Position numbers and translations under genes: made by a program | Shown here: one piece after another, positions 21,901-35,118 of the stretch | Layout of the letters: every line of letters starts with the position of its first letter | Position numbering within the stretch: the stretch's first letter is position 1 | Notes under the pieces: model-generated | Told to the model about the DNA's origin: nothing | Databases searched by the model: none | Seen by the model: only the letters and a program-made list of their open reading frames with translations | Assembly: GCA_026023565.1 (NCBI GenBank) | Contig: JAPETS010000015.1 | Location: 248,001 to 312,000, forward strand | Source: Cirrosporium novae-zelandiae | Lineage: Eukaryota | Direction: 5' to 3' | Length of the DNA stretch: 64,000 bases

Positions 21901-24900
21901 ATGGCACCCATCACACATATGCCAAGGGCCCAAGTTAACACCATCTCAAAGGTACGTTTACGTTCCTAACGTTCTTCCACTTTATTCTCCAACTTCCCGC
22001 GTCAAATCGCCGCCAACTCAACAACTAACAAGTCACTTTACAGTTACCACAAGAAGGAAGCTGGGGATTTCACCATGTCAGTGTTTGGAGGCATTCAGTT
22101 TCATATCCAGCTCCAGAATAATCGGGGCTTTCCGAGTTACGGCCAGGTCGCTAATATACACCAGCAATCCGGAGAGACTTCAGATATTTCTCATGAGGAG
22201 GAAGGAAGCTTAGTCGAATTTGACATGGACACCGTTGATGAGATGGACCAGGAGGTTGAATCAGGTCATTATACTTTTATTTAGTTGCTCATAATTTTAA
22301 AGAGACTAATGTTTTCTCATGCGCAGATGGAGATTCTCCCGGTATGCTGATACCAGGTGATGTCAACGAAACCCTTTCTCAACTAGGACAAACCGCCGAT
22401 CGGGTCAGCCAGCAAATTGAAGAATTCGCAAAGAACCTCGACCAGCTCAACCCTATGAAGAGTAATGATATATATGAGAGACGCCGAAGTGCTCTGGCCC
22501 TGGTCGTGAAATATCGTCATGTCGCCGAGTCTGCATGGGACCACCTTCATCGAACAACACAGAAATTCAACCGACAAAGGCAAAATGAAAATGATGACAG
22601 TTCGGATGAAGGCAGGCAGAACTCCGAATCTCAGACACTAGAAGAAATGAACCAATGCACCGCTGAAATTCATACATGGAGACTATTTGAATACATGCTG
22701 GACCTTGAAGGCCTCAACTACCCTATAGTGGATGGAAAACCCGTATATCCTAAACAGGATGTCCAGATACATCGTTACAGTCCGGAGAATGACTTGTGGG
22801 TTGATTTCATGAATAAGAACCCAGATGCACGGGAGAGGCAGACAGTACTTCGGTGGCTTGAGGAGGTTGCAGATGAGACTAGGGAGGATATCGATACCGT
22901 TGTTGATCAATTGGAAGCTGGATCCGATAGGCAAGGCCTCTGGACCAATGGCTGGCTTTATACCAAAGAGGAAATAAAAAAACAAAAACGACTACGCTCT
23001 TGGCCCCAACCTCTAGAGCCGAATTCTCCTGGCATTAACAAAAGTCATGTCAGTCTAAACAACAAATCTGCTCTTGCAACGCAACTCGACCCTGACGCGG
23101 CTTCACGTCAACAGCATGCTCTCACAAAGGAGGACCAGAATTTTGAGAAGGCCATCTGGCTGGGCTGCTGGGAAATGCTACGACGCGGTAAGGGTTGGAA
23201 AGATGTCAGTGAATGGTGTAAGGAACGGGTGGAGGGATGGAGAGCCATTAGTATCCGGCCTTCATTCCGGGGCTTAAGGCTTTTGGAAGAATCCCTTCCG
23301 TCAGGTGAAGATAATTCGCCTGCACTAAACTACCAGTCCCGCACTCTTTGGAGACATGCATGCCGTGTTACGGCCATGGAAGGCACTTTCGATGACTATG
23401 AGAACGGAGTATATGGACTTCTTAGTGGAGACTTCCCTAGCGTAGAGAAAGTCTGTCGCAATTGGGACGACCTTCTATATGCAACATACAACTCCTTAGT
23501 TCTGGCACAGTTCGACTCCTTTCTACAATCAACCTATCCATCTCGCTTTCCTCCAACACTCAGGCAAGCAGATATTGCACGTGTTCCCATTGATCCCCAT
23601 ACAACTACGCCCAAAGTTATCTCAAGTTTAGCTGTACATGAAGTCGGACAGGAAGCTACGAAAGATCCGTTTAAGATGATACATGCCGCTCTAATAGGCA
23701 AATCATTTGCAGACTTTGCTATCAGGCAAGGTGCCATTATAGGAGAAGTCGCCAATGCGGATACCAAATCGAATATTATCCAGGAGATACCCAATAAACC
23801 GCCGGGATTAACACGTGATGATCCTAATGTTGCCGATAATGCTCAAACCCTTCGAATCATGGCTCACATGCTTCTAATACTTCAATCTGTATTAGCACAA
23901 CAAGTTACCAATGATCAACGCATCGCCATAGATAATGTCGTTGTTGCCTATATCCAATTCCTCAAAATATCCAGGAAGATGGAATTGATCCCACTCTACG
24001 CTTCGTTCTTGGATGAGGAGAGGAAGCGTACTGTTCTTGGTCGAGTCTTCATTGATGTCACCGACTTCAGCGAAAGGCAGGTCCTTGTGAAACTAATGGA
24101 CGAATTCAAAATCAATGTATTGGACGTTGTGACCACACAGTTACAACTACATAGGAATGATGCGTCCCAGAGAGAGGAGAATACCCATATAGTGCAGGTT
24201 CAATTCCTTGAAAAAAGGGGCGAGTATGTAATGCCTGTAGTCAAGAGCGACTTTATTGGAAACAAAGTCAATGACGATGCCGAGTTGATAATTCGCTGTT
24301 TTGAATGGTATCTTCATCTTAAGGGTCATTGGAGACAAACAATGAAAGTTGGAGCAATCTTATATCGAACGTTTTTTGGTATGTTCCCCTTTTTCTTTGT
24401 TTTCCCGGGCATTTGGCTTACTCCTTCTAGTGGCTGGACAACTTGCCGCGGCGAGACAGCTTTCCATAAGAGTACCTTTCTCCAAGATCTCAGAGACAAA
24501 AATGAAGCATATACTCGGAAGGCCCGTCAACCTAGCTCGGGGGTTTGATAATCCGGATGCTGACATCGAAGAGGAAATGGATGAAGATATGACTAAATCA
24601 ACTAGATCAAGACCAAGGCAAAGACGAAGTGACGATGAAATTGAACGAGAAAGAATGAAGCTACAAACTCTACAGCAAGAAGCGAAAACATACTATGAAC
24701 TTGAGTCCCTGATCAATGCATTGGATGCTCTAGATACCTGGAAAGATATCGAAGATCAAATTAACGCGTACGTGTTATCTTTGAATGTTTCCAAAGGCAA
24801 CAACTTATGCTAACTCGTGTGGTAAACAGAGAGGTAAAACCCAGCCACGAACGGTCATGGAAAGGAAAATTACAACGTGGTCTTGATGAAGTCATCTTGG

Positions 24901-25383
24901 CCGTGGAACCTTTATTGGGTGACTGGCTCCTTCACTCCGAAACTCGTAAGCTTTATCCCCCTAATCATACACAGCCCCAAACAATTAACAACAATATTCT
25001 CCACAGCCTATGAAGAAAAGCAACTTGGTAGAATCCGCAAGGGATTCCTACCTTCCATCACTATTGCCTATCTTGGTGTCCTATACTATGCAGGCCACTC
25101 CCTCAGCCGCGATCACCTCCTCCGTGCCATGGACCTCGCCACACGCATCGCAGCTCCGGGTTCCCCGGTTGCAGAAGCTTTCCTACAGGCAGGTCGGATG
25201 AGAGAACTTGTGGATGTGCTTGCAATAGCTAGCAAGGCTGTGTTGGCCGCGAATGAAGTTGGAGGCAAGGCAAAAGTGGGTAGGAAAGTTCGGAGAGAGG
25301 GCTGGGGGGAAAGAATCGATGTTTGGACTATTGGGAAGGACGCTATAGGGACAGAAGAAGGGAGTACGAGGATAGAGAATTAA
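21901..25383 (+). CDS. NUP84: Nuclear pore complex protein Nup84/Nup107
   Basis: Multi-exon; EIHTWRL, VLRWLE, LDPDA, WEMLRRG, WRAISI, YENGVYGLLSG, WDDLLY, LRIMAH and LIPLYASFL motifs typical of Nup84. Confidence 0.9.
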
Positions 25384-27144
25384 CTAACAAGGTTTGATGG
25401 TGGATGCGTACATGCGAGTATTTTTTATAAGGGGCAATCCGTACATTTGTCAATGGTTAGGTAGGCTGGTATGCAGGCAGGCAGGCAGTGACATTTTAGT
25501 TGGAGCTCGGCTTTATTTTACTTGTGTGTAGCAAGGCGATAGACTGATGATAAGACAACCATCAAAAAAAGGGAAGTGGATATTTCTTCCGTTAAAATGA
25601 TGCCTTGGGCTAATTAGCCAACAACCTAAATCATTATTGTGTTGTTGTGTGTTACAAATTGCTGTTTATGTTTATTTGATTGGCCATTACAACATAGCAC
25701 ATCATTTCTCACAGCCCATGATCCAGAGTATCTCGTCGATCCGATATCGAAGAAAACTAGAAAATCAGTAGCCACATTAGTTACAGCCACAGCCCCCACA
25801 GCCACACACAACGCCCCTGTCTCAATTCTCGTCTCGATCTCAACTCCAACCCTTTCCAGAATTCCAAGATCCACCTCTCTACATGTACGTAAATTCGGAT
25901 TTCGGTAAAAATTTTTTTCCGATAAGTTGAATGTTCTAGTTCATGCCCGGGGAAGTGGGGGTGGGGGTGGCTGTTTACAAATTGGTTACTTTATGGAGTA
26001 CCTTTTGAGTAAGTTAAGGGGTGAGCTTTAAACCAGATGGCTGAGTTGTACTGCGTACAGCTAGACTAGCACGCACGTGACTGGATAGGTAGGAACGGAC
26101 GGAGATTTTTTTTGAGGGGGAGGGGAGGGGAGGGGGTGTTAGGTGTTAGGTTGTTTTTATAGCCTCTCTAAAATTGTCCAGGGGATGTTCCTTATTTAGG
26201 GGGTCGGTATAAACTATTTGATGTTTTTTGTTATGGATGATTATTAGGTAGAGGGTAACGTGAGGTGTGTATATATAGGATATATATACCTTAGGTAGTT
26301 AAGTGTAGTTATAACATTGAAAAAAAAAGAAAGGAAACTAATTGATTGATTGGCTACTTTTATTTTAATGTCATGTCCTTATATCCTAAATGAATACCTG
26401 GATAATGAATAATTCTCCCCCTTAAAATCAACATCACTTAAGATATCTAGAGTACTTGTTATTTTATCTACGTAATAAAAAGTAATTAATTTCTATTTTA
26501 TTACATAGTTAGACTATCTAACCAGCACGGCAAATCCAAATCCAAATCCTCTCTGATCCTCTCTGATCCTACTTATCCCCATCCTATCTCATCCTATCCC
26601 ATCCCCCTAGCTAGCCAGCTTACCTTCATACATACATACGTGGTTTTGCATAACCCCGTGGTACTATAGTACTATAGGATTACCTGATCCACGCAATCCC
26701 CGCTGATGTGATATAAGCATATTGTTGCACGAAATATTTTGTTTGTTTGGACTATGGGTCCATGGTTATTGTTATTGGTATTAGTATTTAGTATCGACGT
26801 AGTGTGTGCGCCTTGTGCTTGATTCTTGATTGATGATGATGAGAGAAGAGGAAAGAAGAGGGGGGAGGAGGACAGGATGTTGTAAGCAAGGGAGTTTGTT
26901 GTTGTTGTGGTTGTGTTTGGGCTAGATTAACTAACTACCGTAGAAACCAGACTACTTGTTTTTTTTTCTCTTACTTGTGAGATCGAGGTGCACGTATGTA
27001 TGCATTGATTATTATGGAATAGATGGATATGGAATGGAATGGATTGTGAAAGAGGATCTGGGTGTGGATGTGGATACATAATCTCTAATGCAGTAGGTAA
27101 GAATAAGCAAAGCAAAGCAAAGCAATGAGCACCTAGGTACCTAA

Positions 27145-27233
27145 AACAATGATGATGGATGATAACAATGATGATGGATGATAACAATGATGATGGATGA
27201 TAACAATGATGATGGATGATAACAATGATGATG
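27145..27233. repeat. 19-bp minisatellite (AACAATGATGATGGATGAT) x about 4.7
   Basis: Four perfect head-to-tail copies plus a partial copy, no spacers. Confidence 0.95.
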
Positions 27234-28108
27234 AGGTAATTTGGCCTAAGGCACCAAGTAACTAAGTAAACAAGTAAGGTACACGTACCTTAACTCTCTA
27301 CTACTACTCCCACCTCACCACGTCTACCTACATATAGTATGACACACACACACACATAGCCTAAGAGAAACGAAAACGAAAAATGTAATACGTACACGTT
27401 TATCTACCCTGCATGAAGAGGTAAATGAGGTAATCTCCAAAAATCCCAATGTAGAGAGCGGGGGAAAACGAGGGGTTGTGTTATTAGGGTTTTTATGGAT
27501 TTCACGTTGGTTGGGCATCGGGATTACAGCTACATTTTGTCTTTTTTTTGCTTGGGATACTTGCTGCGCCTACCCTTCAATCTCTTTTTAACAATTTTTT
27601 TCCTCTTTTTTTCTCGTGTCATCAAAGTTAAGTGAGGGGGTTGTTGTTGTTGTTGTTTTTTCTTTCTACGCCCTTTGTTTGATTTGATTGGGCAGATATT
27701 GGATTTTGATGATTTTGGAATGTGAGAAATGACGTCGCATAATGAATGGTACTTGGGGTGTGGATTTGTGGGGTTTGTTGGGTGATGATGCATACCATAC
27801 GCAATTGTATAACCTGATGTATTTCCCCCGGTTCGCCCTTTACTTGACAATAGATATTATTACTGTCGGTATTACTGGGTTTTTTTCTTAATTGAGGGTT
27901 TAGGGAGTACTTTAGATTGGGTAGATAGATGGATGAATGGATTCGTGTGCAGCCGCTTAGAAAGGAAGAGAGATATAATATGCTCTTGCTTGGATGCCTT
28001 GAGCTCTAATTTCCCGAGAAGAAAACAACAACCACATCTCCTTTGAACTACTACTACTACTACTACCACAATAACATCAGCAACAAAATCCCAAATACTA
28101 GACTCGAA

Positions 28109-29000
28109 ATGGAAGTAGATCCAAACACGATCTTGATAGATGGCCTAGCACTTCATGGCTGGGTTCCAGCACTCCCGCGCTCGCTCCACTCGTCTCTGAA
28201 ACCTCAGTTTGCCCCCCAGCCCTCCGAGGCAGTGCTCCTGCCATCATCGCCATTGAGTCAATATGTTTTGGAGTATGCAAAGGCGAATCTTCCGCTACCG
28301 ACGTTACATCATTCGCTTCGCGTATTTCAGTATTGTCTTCTCGTCCTTCCCCACCTGCCTCCTCCTATTCCGTCCATGAGTCCTGAGACGGTGTTCGTGG
28401 CGAGCTTGTTGCATGATATTGGGACTACTGTGGAGAATATGACTGGGACAAGGCTAAGCTTTGAGTTTTGGGGTGGAATCAAGGCGGGCGAGGTTGTCAA
28501 AAGTGGCGGTGGCAGTGATAAGGTGCAGACGGAGGGGATAATGGAGGCGATTTGGAGGCATCAGGAAGTTGTAGGAGAGGAGGGATTTATTAGCGCGTTG
28601 GGAATGGCGCTGCAGATTAGCACTCTGTTAGGTAAGCTAACCTTTTTTTCCTGGTTCTAGGATCTACCTTTGCGAATTTTCTTTGTCTGGAATTAATGTT
28701 ATTTTGATGGTTAATTATCTTGTTGGTGTTTTCGGGACTGGGGTGTTTGTTCGCTTTGGTCTGATCAGCAATGCAGACAACATTGGCGATCATGCCGATC
28801 TTATACATCCAGATACCATAGCTGCGATTGTGAAGGAATATCCGCGATTGAAGTGGTCTCATTGTTTTGCGAAGACAGCACAGGCTGAGATGAAATTGAA
28901 GCCATGGAGTCATACAACAGTACTTGGAGAAGAATTTCCAAAGAATATATTAGCGAATAAGGTTATGAACCATTTCGAGGACGCTGAGGGCGACAAGTAA
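28109..29000 (+). CDS. HD-domain protein, cyanamide hydratase (CAH/Ddi2-Ddi3) family, 1 intron
   Basis: HGW..LPRS, TLHHSLRVF, LLHDIGTT..N..TRLSFEFWGG, EAIWRHQ, LQIST.L|DNIG, YPRLKWS.CFA, KPWSHT; intron about 28632-28777. Confidence 0.88.
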
Positions 29001-30981
29001 GAGCTGATGGCTATAACTGTCCTTGAACGGCATGGACATTGCGAAATAAACTATTCTCCTATATGCGTGTTTCGGATTGGAGTATCTGTTAATATCTTGC
29101 TCTTGAGCAGCTACAAATGATGAAAGAGAACCTGTCCTGTTGAAATGCCTAAGCAGACAAAGATTTAGGAAATATTGATGACATGAAAGGGAACGATTCA
29201 CCATTCCATAATGACAAAACGTGACAAGTGAGTGGAAGAAAAAAGCTGCGATGCTGTGTGTAGGCTATGTAGAGTCAATATGAGTATGTTCGTCACCGCT
29301 TAATTCAGATAGGAGAACCCAAGAGTCTTAGAGAGATCAAGCTTGGAAGTTCCCTGTAGAGAATTATGGGGTTTTGGGTCTGGAGCAACTTCAAACTTCT
29401 TCCATAGAAACGGATTATCTTGGTATATGAATTGCGTGTTGTTAAATGATCCTCCAACTGTCAACAAGCCACTATGGCCATGACATTTTCGTCACCAGAG
29501 GCTCGTGGTGTTATGGTGTTGCAGACGGCGCGAGAAACACTGCCACTGTCAAATCTCCTCGCAGATCTTGGCCTTATCTTTATAAGTTACAGTGGTAGAT
29601 TGATGATATCGAGCGGAGGTGATTCGAAGCCTTGACCACTCCTCAAAGGACCCGGGTGGGTTAACTAGATTTCCTGGGCAATGACCTGACTTAGGTACCG
29701 GAGAAAGGAGGTTTCGCAATTGCCCAGAGAAGGCCCAGGATTTGTGTGTAAAAAGCAATCTTTTCTTTCTGAGTTGTTTGGAACAGCGCATACTTAAGTT
29801 CAATAGTTGTTGTCGTTATTGCGTGGATATTGGTTGTATTGGGTTGTATCAAGTCCCTGTTGGATGGGCCAAGTCGTGGAAGCGCCCGACGAGGTTGGTG
29901 GTTCGGATGCCGAGAATTTTAAAATTGTGAAGTTTGTGGAGCGAGAGTATAACTGAGAGAGGGTTTTTATTGTATTTTACTTCGTTTCATTTTTCTTTGA
30001 AATAATAATAATGGACGAGAGAAGAACAACCAATAATAGTTACCTAGGTACCTAGGTACATGTATAATGCAGTACCTAGATATGGGTGTGGGAGAAAGGT
30101 GTTCTTCAGGCTTTAGGCTGACTTGGTGTAACTGTGGAAATGCTTTGATTTACCAGGGTTGGGGGGGGTCTCACGGGGGTCGGTTTCGGATATGATTCTT
30201 AGATTAATGGGCAAAGAAATTTATATATTTTATTGCTTCGGTACGTACCTATGTAACTAGGTACCTACCTGGGTATCAAATTTCCGAATTACTTTTATAA
30301 CATAACTAAGCATACAAAGTTATATAACAAACATAACAACATAAAAACGGTTTAGGAGATTTGATAGGTTTTCGCTCGGTATTCCTATCTTAGCTAGAAG
30401 GTACGGGAGAGGCACAACAAGTCAGAAATGGTCAGCTCACATCTCGCATATCTCATCTTCTTTTGATTTGAATATTCGCCTTCCAGTACCTAACTAGGTA
30501 GTTTGGAAGGGAAAAAAAGAAATAAAAATTTCCTAAGGGATGGGCCATGTTAATTGCTTTCCTGGTCCTGGTTTGTGCTCTGGGGTTCTGGGTTCAAACA
30601 CATATTTTGCCAAGTTTTTGGGTTGGGGCTGTGCAAAGAGAGACCCTTTTGTTCTGCCTTGTCCATATCCCTCCCCCCCCATACCACATACAGCTTGCCT
30701 CTTTCTCTCTCTCTCTCTCCCTCTCTTTTTTTATGTTTGATAAAAACTAAAATACTTTTGCTAATTCGTCCTAATTAACATATCTTGTCAATTCTCTCAC
30801 TCTTTCTATGGAGTATCTGAGAAATTTTGACTCTATCAATACTTCACCTTTCTAAATCAGATTTCCCCCCTTTCCCTTTTTACACCTTCCCTCACTTCAT
30901 ACTCGACACTGATGACTTAATTCTCCTAAACTCTACTTCCAAGCGTCTCTCTCGACTTGACGAAGATCGCTCAAGGTCATC

Positions 30982-33900
30982 ATGTCTAATAATGGCAATA
31001 ACAATAATGGCGATAGCTCTAATTCTTCACATAAGCGTCCAAGAGCCCCGACAATAAACATTGACACGTCTGCTGTCAACCCTCCAGCTGTCATACCTCC
31101 TCCAGTAGTCTGTGAACCTACGAATGAAAACGCACTTCCTCAAGATGACCATCAATCTCAATCTCAAGAAATTCACCCCGCCCCATCATTCGAAAGCCGA
31201 GAAAGTCGCCCTACTTCACCTCACAATGTTTCCTCCCCTTCAGCCAAATCACCAACAGCGAAATGGGTCGATCCCGCCCAGAACTTTCTATCCGTCCCCA
31301 ATGCCCGATCACGAAACAACTCTGTGGATTCCTCGGAATCTGGTGGTGATCACTCCCCAATTTCTTATGGTGGAGAGACATTTGTTCCCTCTACTCGTGG
31401 AACAGATTCAAGGAAACACAGCGTCTCCTTTATTGACCAAATAATCAATGATAAAAATGCGCTTAAACCTGACCCTGGGACCCAGAATGATTTTGAGATC
31501 GAGGACAACAAATTTGCTTACACACCGGGACATTTAAATAAGCTCATCAACCCCAAAAGCTTGAGCGCTTTCTATGCCATTGGAGGTCTTTCGGCGCTTG
31601 AGAAGGGCTTAAGGACGGATCGACATACTGGGCTCAGTGTTGATGAAACGATTCTAGAAGGTACAGTGTCAATGGAGGAAGCTAAATCCAACGAACGCCC
31701 GCCAGTCTCACGTTTCGACACTCACGGTACTACAGCCTCATCAAAACAGCACCGAGAACAATCCTACTACGATCGTAAGAGAATCTTCAAAGACAATCGG
31801 CTCCCTGAAAAGAAATCAAAGAGCTTTTGGCAGTTACTATGGATGGCATACAACGATAAAATGATTATATTACTTTCAATAGCTGCTGTTGTTTCTCTTG
31901 CTCTTGGTATCTATCAGACTGTTAACCCTTCAGACCCGGACGAAGCACACGTAGAATGGGTTGAGGGTGTCGCGATTATCGTTGCCATTTTTATTGTGAC
32001 GTTTGTTGGTGCTCTCAATGACTACCAAAAGGAAAGGCAATTCATCAAGCTGAACAAGAAAAAGGAGGACCGAAATGTCAAGGTTATACGTTCAGGCCAA
32101 TCTCGTGAACTATCCGTTCATGATATCCTAGTTGGAGACATTATCCACATTGAACCAGGTGATATGATCCCGGTTGATGGCATCTTCATCGAAGGACACA
32201 ACGTGAAATGTGACGAATCATCCGCCACAGGAGAATCTGACATCATTAAGAAACAGCCTGCAGATGTTGTATTCAAGGCCATTGAATCTCGTGAGGATAT
32301 TAGGAAACTTGATCCGTTTATTTTATCAGGAGCAAAAGTAAATGAAGGAATGGGCATCTTTCTCGTCACTTCTGTTGGTATCCACTCTAGTTATGGGAAA
32401 ACAATGATGGCCCTACAAGACGATCCAGAATCAACCCCTTTACAGTCGAAATTGAACAAACTTGCAGAATGGATTGCAAAACTTGGTTTGCTTGCTGGGG
32501 CTGTTCTATTTGTTGCGCTGTTTATCAAATTCCTTGCTACGACAGTGACAAAAGACAACCTCAGCGCTGATAAGAAAGGTCAACGGTTTCTAAACATTTT
32601 CATCACCACCGTAACGATCATCGTTGTTGCTGTTCCAGAAGGATTACCACTCGCCGTGACACTAGCATTGGCCTTTGCGACCACCCGGATGCTCAAGGAT
32701 AATAACCTCGTTCGACATCTACGTGCCTGTGAAACCATGGGTAACGCTACAACAGTGTGTTCTGACAAAACGGGCACTCTGACTCAAAATCAGATGACTG
32801 TGGTAGCTGGTACTCTTGGCACCTCAGCAGAATTTGATCCCAGGAAAATCCCATTGGTTGCTAAGGTCGGAAATGGATCTGATATTGCACCGATCAATAA
32901 AGATGCACAAGACCTCCTCAAAGAGGCCATCGTCCTTAACACGACGGCCTTTGAAGGGACAGATGAAAAGGGGAATGCAGCTTTCATTGGTTCTAAAACA
33001 GAGAGTGCTATGCTCACCTTCGCGCAGAATGCTCTTGGAATGGGGCCCATTGCTGAGGAGCGTGCGAACACAACTATTATTCAGCCTGTTCCTTTTGATT
33101 CAGCTAACAAATATATGGGTACTGTGATTAAGTTATCAAACGGCAAATATCGTGCACATGTCAAAGGAGCTCCGGAAATCCTATTGCCAAAATGCGGGAG
33201 GATCATTCAAGATGTAACCCAGGGCTGCAATGATAGATTCATAACTCAAGATGATCTTCAAGATGTTGTTAACACCGTCGAGAGCTTTGCTTCTCGCTCA
33301 CTACGAACCATTGCTGTCCTTTACAAAGATTATGAGCAATGGCCACCCCGAGGAGCCCCGGTTCAGGACGATGATCCCAAATCTGCAGTATTTGATAAAA
33401 TTCTCAAGGAATTTATCTTTTTGGGTATTGTTGGTATCCAGGATCCTCTTCGTGATGGTGTCGCGGATGCCGTCAAAACATGTCAGCGAGCTGGTGTTGT
33501 CGTTAGGATGGTCACAGGTGACAACCTGATTACGGCAAAAGCTATTGCTGCGGAATGCAATATCTATACTGAAGGGGGCATTGTTATGGAAGGACCCCGC
33601 TTCCGAACATTGTCAAAGACCGAGATGAAGCAAATCATACCCAAGCTACAGGTACTCGCACGCTCCAGTCCTGAGGACAAACGGATTTTGGTTAAGCGAC
33701 TGAAGGAGATGGGGGAAACCGTTGCTGTAACCGGCGACGGTACCAATGATGCGCCAGCCTTAAAGACAGCAGATATTGGTTTCTCTATGGGAATTGCTGG
33801 AACCGAAGTCGCTAAGGAAGCATCTGCAATCATCTTGATGGATGACAACTTTGCGTCAATTGTCAAAGCTCTCATGTGGGGCAGGGCAGTCAACGATGCT

Positions 33901-35118
33901 GTCAAGAAGTTTCTACAGGTTCGTAACCCAGACCATGATACCAACAGGCGAATACTAATCAAACTATAGTTTCAAGTCACGGTCAATATCACAGCAGTTA
34001 TCCTTACTTTCGTCTCCGCGGTGGCAAGTGATTCAGAGAGCTCAGTTCTCACGGCTGTACAACTACTTTGGGTTAACTTGATCATGGACACTTTTGCAGC
34101 TCTCGCGTTAGCAACCGATCCTCCATTGGAAAGTGTCTTAGATCGCAAGCCCGAACCAAAATCCTCCCCGTTAATATCCGTCAATATGTGGAAAATGATT
34201 GTTGGTCAGTCCATACTACAATTAGTAGTGACATTTATTCTATACTTTGCTGGTCAACATTGGCTTGGAATGCACGGAGACGATGATAAAGCTCATAGTA
34301 CTCTGGTCTTTAATACATTTGTCTGGCTGCAAATTTTCAACCAGTATAACTGCCGGCGACTGGATAACCATTTCAATATATTTGAGGGACTGCAACGAAA
34401 TTTGTGGTTCATTGGAATCCAGTTTATTATCATTGGCGGGCAGGTTCTTATAGTATTCGTTGGGGGTGCCGCTTTCTCGGTCACAGACCTGGATGGTACG
34501 CAGTGGGGTGTTTCCTTAGGACTAGGGTTCCTATCTCTCATTCTAGGAACCTTACTGCGCTTCGTTCCTGATCGTTGGGTAACGATGGTTGTTCCGCCTT
34601 CATGGTTCGAGAACAAAGTGATAGATGATGATGGAGAGAATGCGCAATTTGAATGGAACCCTGCGATTGAAGGGATCCGAGAAGAACTCAGTCTTCTGAA
34701 GAAGGTGCGAGGAGGACGATTATCGTCCCTAAAATACAAAATTCAGCATCCCAAAGAGATGCTACTTCCTCGTTCACGAAGCGGTTCTCGAAGCTCAAGA
34801 TCACGAAGTACATCTATTCCGCGGACACCGTCCAACGAGTTCAACGATACCAGTGCCCTCAGTTCCCCTGCACGAACTCCCGAATCTAGCTCACGATTAC
34901 GTGGGCGAAGTCGTTCGAATTCGGCATTCGGTGCTGCTGCTGCCATGGCAGGTGTTGTGGCTGGTAGCATTGCAGGCTGGTCGCCTATCGAGCGTGGACA
35001 TGGGCAAGAAAACGTATCATTTCATGAAGCAATTTCTCTTGAGTCTGGTGAGGCAGGTATAGAAGAGGGGCGCGATGAGCATGCAGAACATGAGCAGAAT
35101 GACGCCTCCAAGGTTTGA
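30982..35118 (+). CDS. PMC1: Vacuolar/PMCA-type (P2B) Ca2+-transporting ATPase, 1 intron (33919-33969)
   Basis: TGES, VAVPEGLPLAVT, CSDKTGTLT phosphorylation site, MVTGDN, VTGDGTNDAPAL, QLLWVNLIMDT. Confidence 0.96.

Noticed and set aside
27145..27233. Repeat array as a possible CRISPR
   Set aside because: Direct tandem copies without spacers in a eukaryotic genome
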